From Felis catus (taxonomy: Eukaryota): a stretch of DNA of 64,000 bases. The translations under genes were made by a program, and so were the position numbers. The notes beneath the pieces were generated by a model. That model saw only the letters and a program-made list of their open reading frames with translations, did not search any database and was not told where the DNA came from. This document shows positions 62,809 through 64,000 of this stretch, one piece after another (position 1 is the stretch's first letter; each line of letters starts with the position of its first letter). The DNA lies in the NCBI RefSeq assembly GCF_018350175.1, contig NC_058382.1:56980001-57044000 (forward strand). Direction: 5' to 3'.

Positions 62809-64000
62809 TTTAATTTCTAAAACAGATGTAAAGGAGTAAAATCTTTTATTTGGGAATTTTTCTTACTGGCGTTCCAAATGAGAATTTTTGTGTGTATTAA
62901 AAGCCTCTGTGGCCGCAGGGGGAAAACGTTTGGAAACGTTGGACGAGACGATTCACGGGCTCTCTCGAGTGGCAGTGACAAGCCCAGACTCCGGGCGGCC
63001 TCCTCCGTCTGCCCCGTCCACCCTCTCTGCTGCCCGTGGGCTGGCTCCTTCTGGATCCTGCTGGCCCCAATGCCTCCTTTTCACACGAGCTGTGGTCTTG
63101 CTTCTCTGTTTGCAGCTCCTTCCAGAAAGCTCCAGAAAACAGAACACCTGCTCCATCCGGGGCCCAGAGGGCCACCTGTTAGAGATACCCAGGATGCCCG
63201 CACGGGCTGGTGTCCTGGGTCTGCTCCCACACTGCACATGGGGAGACCGAGTCTTCCGGAGGTTCAGACCCTGGCTCCAAGCCACGAGGAGCAGGTGCAC
63301 AGGTCATGATGCTGGGCTGACCACGGCGGTGCCTGCCCCCCCGGACCCGGGCTCTGAAGCCTGCAGCTGCCGGGCCTCTCGCCTGGGGCTCACCTTGGCA
63401 AGATGTGCCCATTCTCATGGTGCCCCCACGGAGGCTGCGGACACTCTGGTGGAGTTGCTACAGAGAGAGGAGCTGGGCCGGGCCAGGTCCTGGGAGGTCC
63501 CAGGTCCCTGGGAGAGCACCCCTCTGAGGCTTCCCCCGACTCACCCCCAGCCCAGGGCAGGACTTTGTGATGCAACAAACAGGCCAGCCTGGCCTCTTGT
63601 CCCTCACTCTCCTGTGGCTCCATCCAAGCCAGGGTTGGGGCGGGGGGAGCCCGGAGGAAAACCATCTCCCCTGTACCCGCTCCTCCCCGACAGCACTGGT
63701 CACCTGTCACCCTGCAGCACCCAGCCTGTTTGCCACCAAGTAAGGAGGGGGCCAGCGGCGGGGACAGGCAGGGACTTCTCCAGGGCTGCCGTGGGGTCTG
63801 GGTGGAGCCTGGCCCGGCCAGAGAGGAGGAGCGGGCTCCAGACGGGGGGTAGCTAGGACCCCTTGACCTCCAGTCCTGGAGAAAGTATGTGGGCTGTGGG
63901 GTCAGCCTGGGCGAGCCCCAGCACCTGCTTTCGTGTGGTCTCGGGAATGCGCTGCGACTCCCACGCCTCGGTTTCCCCGGCAGTAAAATGGGCTCACTCG

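Noticed and set aside
62888..63856. 322-aa ORF near the window end (possible OSGIN1 exon?)
   Set aside because: Non-ATG start, GC-rich chance composition, no oxidoreductase-like motif recognised

Overview
Mammalian (felid, most likely cat-like) genomic DNA, judged from the many tRNA-derived Can-SINE (SINEC_Fc-type) copies and a feline-type L1 3' end. There is one protein-coding gene: a complete, intact five-exon MLYCD (malonyl-CoA decarboxylase) on the + strand, CDS join(39215..39751,47200..47312,48166..48322,50964..51113,52859..53392), 1491 nt, 496 aa. All introns are GT-AG. The protein has an N-terminal mitochondrial-presequence-like segment, a second strong-Kozak Met43 and a C-terminal PTS1 (SKL). 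The gene has a CpG-island promoter and a probable ATTAAA poly(A) signal at 54057. The first 38 kb is intergenic and packed with nested repeats: about 29 SINEs, L1 fragments, MaLR/ERVL LTRs, ERV1-type solo LTRs and hAT remnants. From 38 to 62.5 kb the DNA is GC/CpG-rich and has no recognisable Can-SINE. I see no evidence for a new protein-coding or RNA system, and the other ORFs look like chance GC-rich or repeat-derived frames. The best leads are regulatory and are inferences: a solo LTR that resembles a CpG-island promoter (22.2-22.7 kb), a nuclear-receptor/NRF2/ERR motif cluster in MLYCD intron 1, an L1-born microsatellite with p53-site spacing, several homeobox-dense non-repeat blocks and CTCF motifs. 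Repeat family names come from recalled consensus sequences, not a database search, and repeat boundaries are approximate unless TSDs are quoted.
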